32,000 nucleotides of DNA. Origin: Candidatus Saccharimonadota bacterium. Its GTDB lineage: Bacteria; Patescibacteriota; Gracilibacteria; BD1-5; UBA6164. Shown one piece after another: positions 1 through 9,300 of this stretch (position 1 is the first letter of the stretch; every line of letters starts with the position of its first letter). Location of the stretch: the NCBI GenBank assembly GCA_965229705.1, contig OZ245922.1, positions 870,001-902,000 of the forward strand. The letters are read 5' to 3'. Made by a program: the position numbers and the translations under genes. The notes below the pieces were generated by a model. That model was not told where the DNA came from. It did no database searches and saw nothing but the letters and a program-made list of their open reading frames with translations.

Positions 1-552
1 TCCAGTTTTTTCATTTTTTTCTTCGAGCATTGTTGCCTGCGACGGAGATTTGAGATTGTGAGGAACAGGGAGTTTTTTGTACTCGAGCCAGCTGATAATA
101 GGAGACTTATTATAGTTAATATCTGGCAGATGATAGAGCGTTGATGCTTCATCAGCTGAAAAAATAGATATATTTTGAAAAAATCCTACGAGTTTATGGC
201 GAAAGGCAAAATGTCGACAAGGAGTAAATATCCATGGCATAGAGTCTTCGTATATTTGAGGATTATCAAGAGCATTGTTGTACTCATCAGTAAAGATACT
301 TGCAGCTGCTACAACAGCATGGACAGCATTTTCAGATTGCTTATGAGTTTGAGATGAAACAATAATACGAATAGAGCTCTCAAAAGATGGCTGAGCAGCG
401 GACTCTCCCATGATTTTATGAGCTTCTGTCTCTGCCTGATTAAATATTTTATACGCGTCTCACTCACTGGCTCATGGAGCGTTGTTTCATCAGACCATAT
501 CTTCGGGCCCTTCTATCATCGCAACAATAGGATTCCACAGAAAACTCAGAGG
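1..552 (-). pseudogene. Downstream continuation of the 592..1437 ORF in the same frame, after two in-frame TAA codons; runs off the left edge of the window. CPR-type membrane-anchored VirD4/TraG-like (DUF8128-like) N-terminal region. A possible restart ATG lies at 519.
   Basis: The minus frame stays open from 552 to 1 with TGA=Gly. It translates ...WNPIVAMIEGPEDMV..SFESSIRIIVSSQTHK..FSADEASTLYHLPDINYNKSPIISWLEYKKLPVPHNL. From memory, the 'IRIVVSS' and 'EELAtlyHlP' segments belong to single-polypeptide CPR coupling-protein-like proteins. Confidence 0.5.
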
Positions 553-591
553 CTTAAAAAATACTCATAAAAGTCACATTTTTCGTCATTT

Positions 592-1437
592 TTTATATTT
601 TCCTTTTGCGACTTGTCGAGCAGCGCGAAGAGCTTTTTTATTCCATCAAGAGTTAGTGGGTTTTATCACAACTTGGTATACGGCTTTATCTGCTTTATCG
701 AGTCCTCCAAAAACATTGGTAAAGTTATTGATAGGATCATCTTCGAGGTACTTAAATGCTTTTATCGGAAATACATCGTCATGCTCTTTTCAGAGAGATG
801 CTGCTCGCATATGATAGCCTTTTTGTGCAAGATTGATATAGTCTACTTTATCAACTTTTTCAATTTCGGCATCATTATAGATAGAGGTAATATGTTGAGA
901 GACAAGATTGACATAGTTTTCGTAGGTAACAATAAAAAAACTTACTTCGCCATTTTCATATACGAGCTCGAGGGCGATTTTTGAGTGTCCAAAGAAAAAG
1001 TTGAGGAGTGTGTCACGCAGTCCTGCCTCGGAGAGTTTATGGATCGCTTTGTAAAACATCGACATTTGTCAGATCTTTTCCTTAAAATCTTTTTTTGTTT
1101 CTTTTTCTTTATCGAGTTTTGAGTCTGCTCTCGGAACAGTGATCTTGAGGTAACGGAGATTTTTAGAGTACCAGAGCTCAAAACCAAGTCTGATAGACTT
1201 GTAGAGTATGAAGAGTAGCAGAGCCCAAAACAGGAGCTGCAGGATGAGATATCCTACCTCATTCATCAGACCTCAAAAATCCATGGAAAAGAGTCAGTCT
1301 CACCCCTCAGAACTGTCTGCTTGTTTTGGTTCACTACTGCCCACTTGTTGCTCGATACTTCGACCAAGAGCAGCCTGAGCTTTGGTGTATCATATACAAA
1401 ATAGAGCGATACAAATGGCAAAATACTTCAATTTCAT
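592..1437 (-). CDS. Signal-peptide/TM-anchored protein, N-terminal part of the DUF8128-like (T4SS coupling-protein-like) protein. Alternative start at 1266.
   Basis: ATG at 1437 gives MKLKYFAICIALFCIGYTKAQA (signal-like), then a TM helix YLILQLLFWALLLFILY, then LKITVPRADSKLDKEKE..., ending ..NSGWNKKALRAARQVAKGKI-TAA(592-594). Several in-frame TGA codons. The track ORFs 1069..1266 and 790..1065 are in the same frame. Confidence 0.6.
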
Positions 1438-1505
1438 GAATATTCCTAAAAAGTTATGTTAGCTTTAGGATATCAGAAAAAGAAGATATTTTCCAAGATT
1501 GAGAC

Positions 1506-1533
1506 TTGACGAAGAAGGGGAAAATAATATAGT
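1506..1533 (+). promoter_or_regulatory. Sigma70-like promoter: TTGACG, 16-nt spacer, TATAGT.
   Basis: TTGACG at 1506-1511 and TATAGT at 1528-1533. Motif match only. Confidence 0.35.
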
Positions 1534-1607
1534 ATCTATAAAATATATTTTTAAGTGAAAATCTATATAAGTCACTTAAGGAGACTCTGAAAAATAGAAA
1601 AATCATC

Positions 1608-1673
1608 TTCTCCAAAATCTCTCAAGTACTCGAGAGAGTTTTTTTATTGTAAAAATAGGTTTTTGTATACAAT
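1608..1673 (+). promoter_or_regulatory. Terminator hairpin plus promoter/operator block, copy 1, upstream of the first TA operon. Contains the palindrome TTGTATACAA.
   Basis: About 90% identical to 2212..2276. Hairpin CTCTC-N8-GAGAG followed by a T7 run, then TATTGTAAAAATAGGTTTTTGTATACAATGTAAACATTA. Confidence 0.6.
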
Positions 1674-1702
1674 GTAAACATTAGTGTATAATTTTTAATG
1701 AA

Positions 1703-1945
1703 ATGAACCCAGCAAAAGACACCGTTGTATCTTTTCGTATTCCTGCAGAAAAAAAGCAATTTCTTACAAAAATAGCAAAAGAGTATAAAAGAACCCCAGC
1801 TTCACTTATGCAGCAAGGACTGGACTATGTATTTGAAAATTATGAGATGGAAAACTCTATAACTCTTGCGAAAAGAGTAGAAGAATCACGAAAAAGTAAG
1901 ACTATTCCTGCTCAGCAAGTATATGAAGAACTCGGGTTGTTATAG
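1703..1945 (+). CDS. Ribbon-helix-helix (RelB/CopG-like) antitoxin.
   Basis: 80-aa ORF. N-terminal VVSFRIPAEKKQFLTKIAKE looks like an RHH beta-strand plus helix. It lies 2 nt upstream of a RelE/ParE toxin gene. Confidence 0.75.
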   Translation: MNPAKDTVVSFRIPAEKKQFLTKIAKEYKRTPASLMQQGLDYVFENYEMENSITLAKRVEESRKSKTIPAQQVYEELGLL

Positions 1946-1947
1946 CG

Positions 1948-2208
1948 ATGTGGAAATTGCAGTATACAGATAAGTCAAAAGACGATTTTAGGAGAATTGA
2001 TTTTTTGACTCAGAAGCGCATCATGAAGAAATTGTGATTTTTCATTGAATCATGAAATACTCTTTATTTTGCAGAAAAACTCACAAACTCTCTATATGGA
2101 GAATATCGTTTTCGAGTATGAGATTACAGAATTTTATTTGATGTAAATATAGAAGGACAAATAATTATTATTGTAGTAATTGGACATAGAAAGGAAATTT
2201 ATAAATAA
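1948..2208 (+). CDS. RelE/ParE-family toxin.
   Basis: MWKLQYTDKSKDDFRRID...EYRFRV(G=TGA)DYRILFDVN..IIIIVVIGHRKEIYK. Classic R-x-G-D-Y-R-I motif. Three in-frame TGA codons; TAA at 2206. Confidence 0.85.
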
Positions 2209-2211
2209 GCT

Positions 2212-2276
2212 TCTTTCAAGTACTTGAGAGATTTTTTTATTGTAAAAATAGGTTTTTGTATACAATGTAAACATTA
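2212..2276 (+). promoter_or_regulatory. Terminator hairpin plus promoter/operator block, copy 2, upstream of the VapBC-like operon.
   Basis: Near-identical to 1608..1673, including TATTGTAAAAATAGGTTTTTGTATACAATGTAAACATTA. Confidence 0.6.
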
Positions 2277-2287
2277 ATATTTAATAC

Positions 2288-2572
2288 ATGAGAAAGATGA
2301 GTACCACCGAAACACGGCCACATGTGATTTCGATACGCGTTTCTGACACAGAAAAACGAGAGCTTGATGCATTGGCTGAGAAAAAAAAACGAAAACCGAC
2401 AGCTATAGTATGAAAATATTTCCGTTCAAGTCTCAAAAAAGATATGACAAATCAAGGGAGTTTCTATAAAAAAATGTTAGAGTTGAGAAAAAAATCAGAA
2501 GCTATAGGAACAACTAATAGACACCCCAATGATATAGATATACAAATTCGTGAGTTTCGAGGTGATGAGTAA
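2288..2572 (+). CDS. RHH antitoxin (VapB-like).
   Basis: MRKMSTTETRPHVISIRVSDTEKRELDALAEKKKRKPTAIV(G)KYF... One in-frame TGA. Overlaps the PIN toxin start by 8 nt. Confidence 0.7.
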
Positions 2573-2993
2573 AAAATATAATATCCCAAAAAATGCAAGA
2601 ATATATATAGATGCAAATATATGTATTTATTGGTTAGAAGATAATATGAAATACTCTGAAAGAATACAGCATCTCTTTCAGGCTATAGAAGTATCACATG
2701 CTCAAATATATACTAGTAAAATAACTATTTCAGAATGTCTTTTTTGAATATATAAGAATAATAGAGAGGTTCTGAAAGATATATATGATACCTTCTTTGA
2801 ATCCTGTGAACTTATAAATATAGATGATGATATTGTAAAAAATGCACCTCGAGTCTGAGTGAAGTATTCTCTGAAACTCATAGATGCTATTCATATGACG
2901 AGCGCTGAAAAATATAATTGCAATATTTTCATCACAAACGATAAAAAAATCTCGTCTCATACCATCCAAATTTTACAACTTAGCGAACTATAA
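2565..2993 (+). CDS. vapC: PIN-domain toxin (VapC-like).
   Basis: Acidic PIN residues in order: IYIDANICIY (D), ISECLF (E), LIDAIHMTSA (D), FITNDKK (D). Two in-frame TGA codons; TAA at 2991. Confidence 0.8.
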
Positions 2994-2997
2994 TAAT

Positions 2998-5022
2998 ATG
3001 ACTTACTCAAAAGAATCACAAGATCGCATAAAAAAAATCCAAGACCTAAAAGATGCAGGAGTTATTCCTTATGCCCATAGCCTTCAAGGAAAAATAGATA
3101 TTTCTCAAATACAGGAGTATTGCTGAACAGAGAAAGTGAGAGATATTGATACGCTGATGGCGTGAAAGTGTGAAAATACATTTACTACTGCCGGAAGAAT
3201 TATCTCATCAAAATCACATGGAAAACTCACTTTTGCAAAGATCCGAGATAACTCAGGAGATATCCAAATATGTTTCATGCGTGATATGGTATCTTTTCAT
3301 TCGGGGATGCCTCAGAGCCCAAAACTCCCATCTCTAGAAATCGCTGGAGAAATGAAGTCAGCTTATAAGATAGCGGAAAAATTTTGCCAAGTAGGAGATT
3401 ATATTGCGGTAAAGTGAGACCTTTTTGAAACAAAGCATGGCGAGCTGACGATCTTTGTAAGTGAGTTTCAGATCATGTCAAAAGCCGTGAGACCTCTCCC
3501 AGAAAAATGGCATGGGATAAAAGATCAAGAAAGCATACAAAGACAACGATATCTTGATATGATTATGAATGATGACACCTATCAAAAGTTTCGAAAACGA
3601 GCATTATTTTTAAAGTCTATACGAAAATTTCTTGATGATCATGGTTTTATAGAGATTGATTGTCCCGTGCTTGATAATGCAGCATCCGGAGCTGCAGCAC
3701 AACCGTTTACTACCCACCATAATGCTCTTGATATAGATGTATATCTCAGAATTTGTGATGAAATACCTCTCAAAAAAGCAACAGCTGGAAGATTTGAAAA
3801 AGTCTATGAGATGTCAAAAGTCTTTCGAAATGAATGAATTGATCCCAGTCACTTGCAAGAGTTTACGATGCTAGAGTTTCAGGCAGCATATTGGACACTA
3901 GAACAGAATATGGATTTTGCTGAAGCATTTGCTAAGTATCTTGTAGAAAGTCTCTGAATTGATCCAAAAGTTCCCGTAAAAGATACACAAGGGAACGAAA
4001 AGATAGTAGATTTTTCACAAGATTGGGAGCGTATAAACTATTCAGATGCAGTAATGCAGGCATCGTGAGTCGATGTTTCGAGGTTTTCAGCAGAAGATGA
4101 AGAAGAACTCCGGCAGGAGATACGAGCAAAAGGATATGATTGGGAGTGACTCGATATTCAGGGAACGGCAACGATGATAGACTATCTCTATAAAAAGGTT
4201 CTCAGACCAAAGATTGTTGGACCAGCATTTATATATAACTATCCCAAGACAATGCAGCCACTTGCTCGACAGAGTGATACAAACCCTAAAATAGTCGAAC
4301 AGTATCAGGTAGTGGTAAATGGTTGGGAAATCATGAAGTGTTATAGTGAGTTGATTGATCCAACAATCCAAAAAGCAAATTTTGCTGCTCAGAGTGACGC
4401 GCTTCATCGAGGAGATGAGGAAGCAACATCAGGAGATGAGGACTATCTACTGGCTATGGAGCACGGTTTTCCTCCACAATCAGGTTTTGGTATGGGGATA
4501 GAGAGGATATTTGCGATTCTCATGCAAGAGGAAAATCTCAGAGATGTGGTGATGTTTCCTATTATGAAGCCTCTTACAGCAGAAGAAAAGACTTCATCTC
4601 AAACACAACTTGCAGTATCAGTTCTATGCAAGGACTGTCATCTTGAGAAGTGGCAGGAGCTCAATACGGTCTCTCATCTTGCAGCTTCACTTGCTGGGAG
4701 AGAGTGAAAACACCTATTTCTCTATGAGAGTGTGAAGTCTCAAGATAGTCAGGATATTCCGATGAATATGCAAAGTGCTATTATGATACAAGAGATCGGG
4801 ACACAAAAAGAAATTCATGATCTTTATCAGGAGGCTCAACATCAAGGTCTGTCAGTTGTTCCATTTACTCGAGAAATGCTAGAGACGAGTAACGATACAC
4901 TGGTACAAGAAAAAACAAGCAGTCAAAAGTTTGATGAGTTAGAATTTCTTGGAATTATGATTTTTGGAGCAAAAAAGACTGTAGAGAGTCTGACACGCGA
5001 TCTTCCACTATATGGTTCTTAA
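2998..5022 (+). CDS. lysS: Class II lysyl-tRNA synthetase with a roughly 150-aa C-terminal extra domain (DUF2000/PTH2-like).
   Basis: The track ORFs 3475.., 4174.. and 4732.. are all in frame with the ATG at 2998. Motifs FRNE(G=TGA at 3835)IDPSH, QVVVNGWEI, GFPPQSGFGMGIERI. About 10 in-frame TGA codons; TAA at 5020. Confidence 0.93.
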
Positions 5023-5110
5023 AGAGTTTTTGAGGAAAACAACCATGAGTTTCAGCCCGGGGTTCATACTCAGGACTTTCTTGAAAAGCTCTGAAGAACA
5101 TCACAAGTTT

Positions 5111-5707
5111 TTACTGTCAAAAAGGGAGGTCTCCTCAAAATATTTCTTGAAAGTAGGCTTTTCTTTCTTCCATAGACATACTTTGTATCATATCCCTGTC
5201 TTCCTCTGACGCATTATCTCGAATATTTTTAATGGTGTTTATATCTATATCTTGTGGAATACCAGCTCCTTGTTCAGCAGGAACATTTTCGGGTATTTGC
5301 ATAGGGATTTCCTCTGGGATGACTTCTGGAACAGGAGTCTCTACTTGAGGTAGCTCTGCTTGAGGAGTTTCTTGTTGCTGCCATTCAGGAGCAGTGACTT
5401 CAGGAATATTTTTTATTTGTTCTCCCTCTTGAGGTGGAGTATACTCGACTTTTTTTTGAAGAGCCTCTTGAGGAGAGGCGTCTCGCATCCCTCATGTACT
5501 AGGCAGCTCTGGAAGAACTTCGAGGAGTATTTCTTCTATCATATCCTCATCTGGCTTTTGGATTTCTTTTGGAGGAATACTTTTTGAGAAATCTTCTCAG
5601 GTATCTTCCGGCGAATTTGATATATTTTGCTGAGTCACTACAAATCCTATAATAGCCATTAATAGCAGTCCGATGTATACGGCTCAAAGTACTTTTTGTG
5701 TGTTCAT
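5111..5707 (-). CDS. N-terminally membrane-anchored, acidic Pro/Glu-rich protein (hypothetical).
   Basis: ATG at 5707: MNTQKVL(G)AVYIGLLLMAIIGFVVTQ (TM), then PEDT..., in frame with track ORF 5135..5488 (PQEGEQIKNIPEVTAPEWQQQETPQAELPQVETPVPEV...). Ends ..QEIFGGDLPFGQ-TAA(5111). Confidence 0.7.
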
Positions 5708-5728
5708 TTATGCGAATATTAAAATTAA

Positions 5729-5826
5729 GGAAACTCTGAGAAAGTTCTTTTCTCTCTCCTTTTCAAAGGAGAGATTGCTCGGTAGAGCTAGAGTAGATTG
5801 GAAGATGTCTGTCTTTCAGAGCTTCC
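5729..5826. repeat. Structured intergenic repeat, copy 1 (second copy at 17185..17280).
   Basis: About 75% identity over about 96 nt. Outer helix CTCTGAGAAAG/CTTTCAGAG. Inner hairpin CTCTCCTTTT-CAAA-GGAGAG. Second hairpin GCTC-GGTA-GAGC. Confidence 0.6.
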
Positions 5827-5992
5827 TTAAAAGAAGCACCGAAAGAATGGAACAATGTATAAAAATACCCAAAGGGCATAAACTTTGTAGTTCAAGGAAA
5901 ATGCAACTTGTCTGAAATAAGCGTACTTACTTGTACGAGTTTGAAGACAATGTTGCACTTTGACGATGAAATACGAAGTTTTTATACATTTT

Positions 5993-6700
5993 CTAATTAT
6001 CCATCTCTTCTTCAACGAGCTCTCGGAGAGCCTCAAGTTGGAGGATAATATCTTCTTGTTTTTCTTCAGATATATCATCATTGTCCTCGTATTTTTCGAT
6101 GAGATCATCTATTTTATCTATCACACTTTCGAGCGTATCATCAGAGTATTTATTGAGACTCTTACCGAGTTTTCCACTAAAGCTAGATTTGTATCATGAT
6201 CTTTTTTTGTCTCTTTTTGATCGCTTTTCAGAAGAGTATTTATCCTCAGAAAATGTTTCTCGAGAGAATTTTTTTGTATTTTGTCACATTTTTTCTTCCA
6301 TATCTTCTCTGATATTTTCAAGCTCTTCCAGTGCTTCTGTCTCATTATTGTCTTCAAGGAGCTCCTCAATCTCATCATACATATCTTCCTGCATACTTTG
6401 CATATCTTCTTTGATACTTTCTGCCTGAGAACTCGAAAAACCTCCACTTCTCATTTCTTCCATGAGTTCTGATCGAAGATCTTGGTATTTCTCATAAATA
6501 TCCTCAAGTTCTTCTTGAGTATCATCACTCAGATCAATATCCTCAAACAAATCTTTCATATTTCATCATCCGTATTGTCACATCTTTTGGCTAAAACCTG
6601 AACTTCAAGACTGTCATCAAAAAAATGATGAAACAGGGAGAGTACTTCCAAGGGACAGTCAAACTACTATGAGTAAGGCAATACATTTTTTCGCATTCAT
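5993..6700 (-). CDS. Secreted, extremely acidic (Glu/Asp-rich) protein (hypothetical).
   Basis: ATG at 6700: MNAKKCIALLIVV(G)LSLGSTLPVSS (signal-like). A Gly-rich linker is built largely from TGA codons. It is in frame with track ORF 6284..6559 (..EELEDIYEKYQDLRSELMEEM..) and continues to ..LRELVEEEMDN-TAG(5993). Confidence 0.7.
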
Positions 6701-6808
6701 AAGAAAAAAATTACATATATAAAAGAGCGTAAAAGAGTGTTTTACATGCGGAAGTATATGGAGTTTTGTAGAGAAGTAAAGAGTATGAAACGAAAAACCT
6801 AAAATTTT

Positions 6809-7600
6809 TTATTTCTCAGAAATCTCCTGGCAAAAACCTTGTTCTTCTAGAACTCTCCCATCCCAGTTTTTGAGCTGACTTTTTTCAATAAATAGCGTAA
6901 CTTCTCCCGGGAGAAAAGAAATCTTTGCCTTGAGATGTTCCGAGAGAGTTTTGATACTTCTTCCGTCGGCATATATTTCTATAATACTCTTTCTTCCTTG
7001 AGTTTCTAGCTCTATTTTTTGAGAAGAAGAGAGAATGATAGGAGGCAGTCTTTTTGGTTTCCAGGGAGCCTTTGGAGTGAGAATATATGAGTTTGAACTA
7101 TGTGCGAGAATCGGACCTCCAAAAGATGAGCTATATCCTGTTGATCATGCAGGAGAGGAGAGGAGTATACCGTCTCCGAGTATTTCGTGACGATATCATC
7201 AACCAACATGCACGACTATGTCGAGCATTTTTCACTCTCCAGCCTTGATATCAAACTCATTAAACGCAAAGAAAGTTTCTGTTCCTATTTGGCAGGCGAG
7301 TAAAGGATATTCACGCTTTTCAAACGAAAAGTTTTTTTGGAGCGTGATACTCTTTGGGTGCATGAGGAATCCTTTGTTTCAAAAGTTGATACCGATAAAG
7401 TTTTTATACTCACAAGAATATGTGGCAATTGCTTCTAGGAGACTTCCGTCTCATCAGAGAACAATAATGGTATGCGCTGCAAGATTTTTTATAAAAAACT
7501 CTAGTTCTCACAACAAAACAAACGCTTCTATTTCAGCGTTTTCTTGAGATTTATACTCGCTGTAGACAACTTTGCATCAGTGGATGTTTCTCTCTTTCAT
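6809..7600 (-). CDS. nadK: NAD+ kinase.
   Basis: IIVL-GGDGSLLEA, with both glycines of GG encoded by TGA at 7451-7456. GINFGNKGFL, NEFDI, GDGILLSSPAGSTGYSSSFGGPIL. 263 aa; TAA at 6809. Confidence 0.9.
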
Positions 7601-7709
7601 AAGTATCTGCTATAAAATATTAGTATTATATTCTATCGGCAGGAGAAAACAAATTTGAAAAATACCGTGAAATACAAATAATACTACGCATTATTTCTCA
7701 AAAAATATT

Positions 7710-8282
7710 ATGCCAAATTGGTCACATATACAGTTTGAAGGAAAACATGTAGATGAAAAGGTCTTACACTTTGCTCGTCCTGCAAAGGCGCAGACTATTT
7801 TGGAGGTATCAAAAATGTTGATAGCCTTGCTACTAATAGAAGGGGTTATTTTGGGTATTTTTTGGCTCGGAATATCTTCGCTCATGTTTACTCTTTGGTC
7901 ACTTATAGTGATAGCTGTGATAGCGGGGATATCGATATTTTATAAGCTCTATCGCATACGGCATAATTTTCTCTATATTACTTCAAAGAGAATTATGTTC
8001 CATGGAATAGAAGGACTCTTTGGAGACCATATGAGGAAGATAACGCTCAATAATGTTAGAAATGTAGATTATAAAACAGAGTCTCTTATAGGGAAGATTT
8101 GTGGATATGGAACACTGGTAGTACAAACGGCAAATGATACAGGAGGAGAGAATCATATTTGGCATATACACGATGCACGAATGCTCACACACTATATCGA
8201 TAAACTTATCTCTTTATCACCTGAAGAGCGTTCTGAGTTCAGTGAATTTGATGCGTCATATTTTAAGAATTGGAACAAATAA
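7710..8282 (+). CDS. Membrane protein with a bacterial PH (YdbS/DUF304-like) domain.
   Basis: 190-aa ORF free of TGA. Two TM helices (LIALLLIEGVILGIFWLGI, LWSLIVIAVIAGISIFY), then YITSKRIMFHGIEGLF...GTLVVQT. The family call is from memory. Confidence 0.7.
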   Translation: MPNWSHIQFEGKHVDEKVLHFARPAKAQTILEVSKMLIALLLIEGVILGIFWLGISSLMFTLWSLIVIAVIAGISIFYKLYRIRHNFLYITSKRIMFHGIEGLFGDHMRKITLNNVRNVDYKTESLIGKICGYGTLVVQTANDTGGENHIWHIHDARMLTHYIDKLISLSPEERSEFSEFDASYFKNWNK

Positions 8283-9205
8283 TGAAAGAGCTTTCTCTAC
8301 AAGATATTTTAGAAAATACCTCCGATCTCGGCGAAAAAATAGTAGGATATGTTGCTATTATTGGTCGACCAAATGCTGGAAAATCCACATTTATAAATAC
8401 TCTTATCGGAGAAAAAATAGCTATTACCAGTAATATTCCTCAGACAACCAGAAATAAGATTCTTGCAATATATAATGATGAGGATGCCCAAATTATCTTC
8501 TTTGATACTCCAGGGCTTCATGAGTCGCAAAAACTCTTCAATGCGCAGATTAACAAATCAGCCATGAAGAGTATGGCAGACGCAGAGATAGTACTCTATT
8601 TTATTGATAGCTCTCGTCCAAGAGGAGCAGAAGAAGAGTATATAGAAAACCTTTTATCATCAATGGATATTCCGGTATTTTCTGTATATAGCAAAAGAGA
8701 TTTACCGCAGGTACAAAATATCTCAAAAGGGAAAAATGTTTTTGAGATTTCTAGTATGGATCAGTTAGGCTTTTCTGATCTTCTTTGAGCCATCAAGTGA
8801 CAACTCTCTTCGTGACAGATATTGTTTCCACAAGACTATTACACGCAGCAAAGTGTTTTTTTTCGTGTATCTGAGATTATCCGAGAAAAACTATTTTGAG
8901 AACTCAAACAAGAGCTTCCACATAGTATTTTTGTGAGTGTTGAAGAAATAGTTGAAGCAAGCGATGAGACAAATAATGTTATGAAGATCATCGCTTATGT
9001 TTATAGTGAGACGGATTCTCAAAAATATATTGTTATTGGGAAAAATGGCTCACTCATATCTCGCGTTTGAAAAATGGCTCGATGTGAGCTTGAAGATATT
9101 TTTGGAAAAAAAGTCTTTTTGCAACTTAGGGCAAAGGTATGGAAGAACTGGAGAAAAGATGAAAAGTTTATCAAAAATATGTTGAGGAGTGTGTCACAGA
9201 AGTAG
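8282..9205 (+). CDS. era: GTPase Era.
   Basis: ATG overlaps the upstream TAA (TAATG). G1 GRPNAGKST, G3 DTPG, then a KH-like C-terminus ..VYSETDSQKYIVIGKNGSLI..ELEDIFGKKVFLQLRAKV. Five in-frame TGA codons; TAG at 9203. Confidence 0.9.
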
Positions 9206-9220
9206 GAAAATCCAAATACA

Positions 9221-9250
9221 AAAAAGACGTTCCAACGGAACGTCTTTTTT
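9221..9250. terminator. Bidirectional rho-independent terminator between convergent era and the dsbA-like gene.
   Basis: AAAAAGACGTTCC-AAC-GGAACGTCTTTTTT: perfect stem flanked by an A-run and a T-run. Confidence 0.8.
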
Positions 9251-9300
9251 GTAAGAAGCTCAAAGGCTTCTGAGATATATTTTTTATAGAGAGAAGAGTC

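Noticed and set aside
1000-1016. 17-nt exact repeat GTTGAGGAGTGTGTCAC, also at 9181-9197 (the end of era).
   Set aside because: Both copies lie inside coding sequence on different coding strands with no flanking similarity. My rough expectation for a chance 17-mer match in 32 kb is low but not negligible, and there is no structural context.
5729-5826. Interpreting the structured repeat as a bona fide or permuted tRNA gene.
   Set aside because: Only an acceptor-like GGAGAGA and a D-arm-like GCTC-GGTA-GAGC can be drawn. No anticodon arm or T-arm (no TTCRA loop) is present in either copy.
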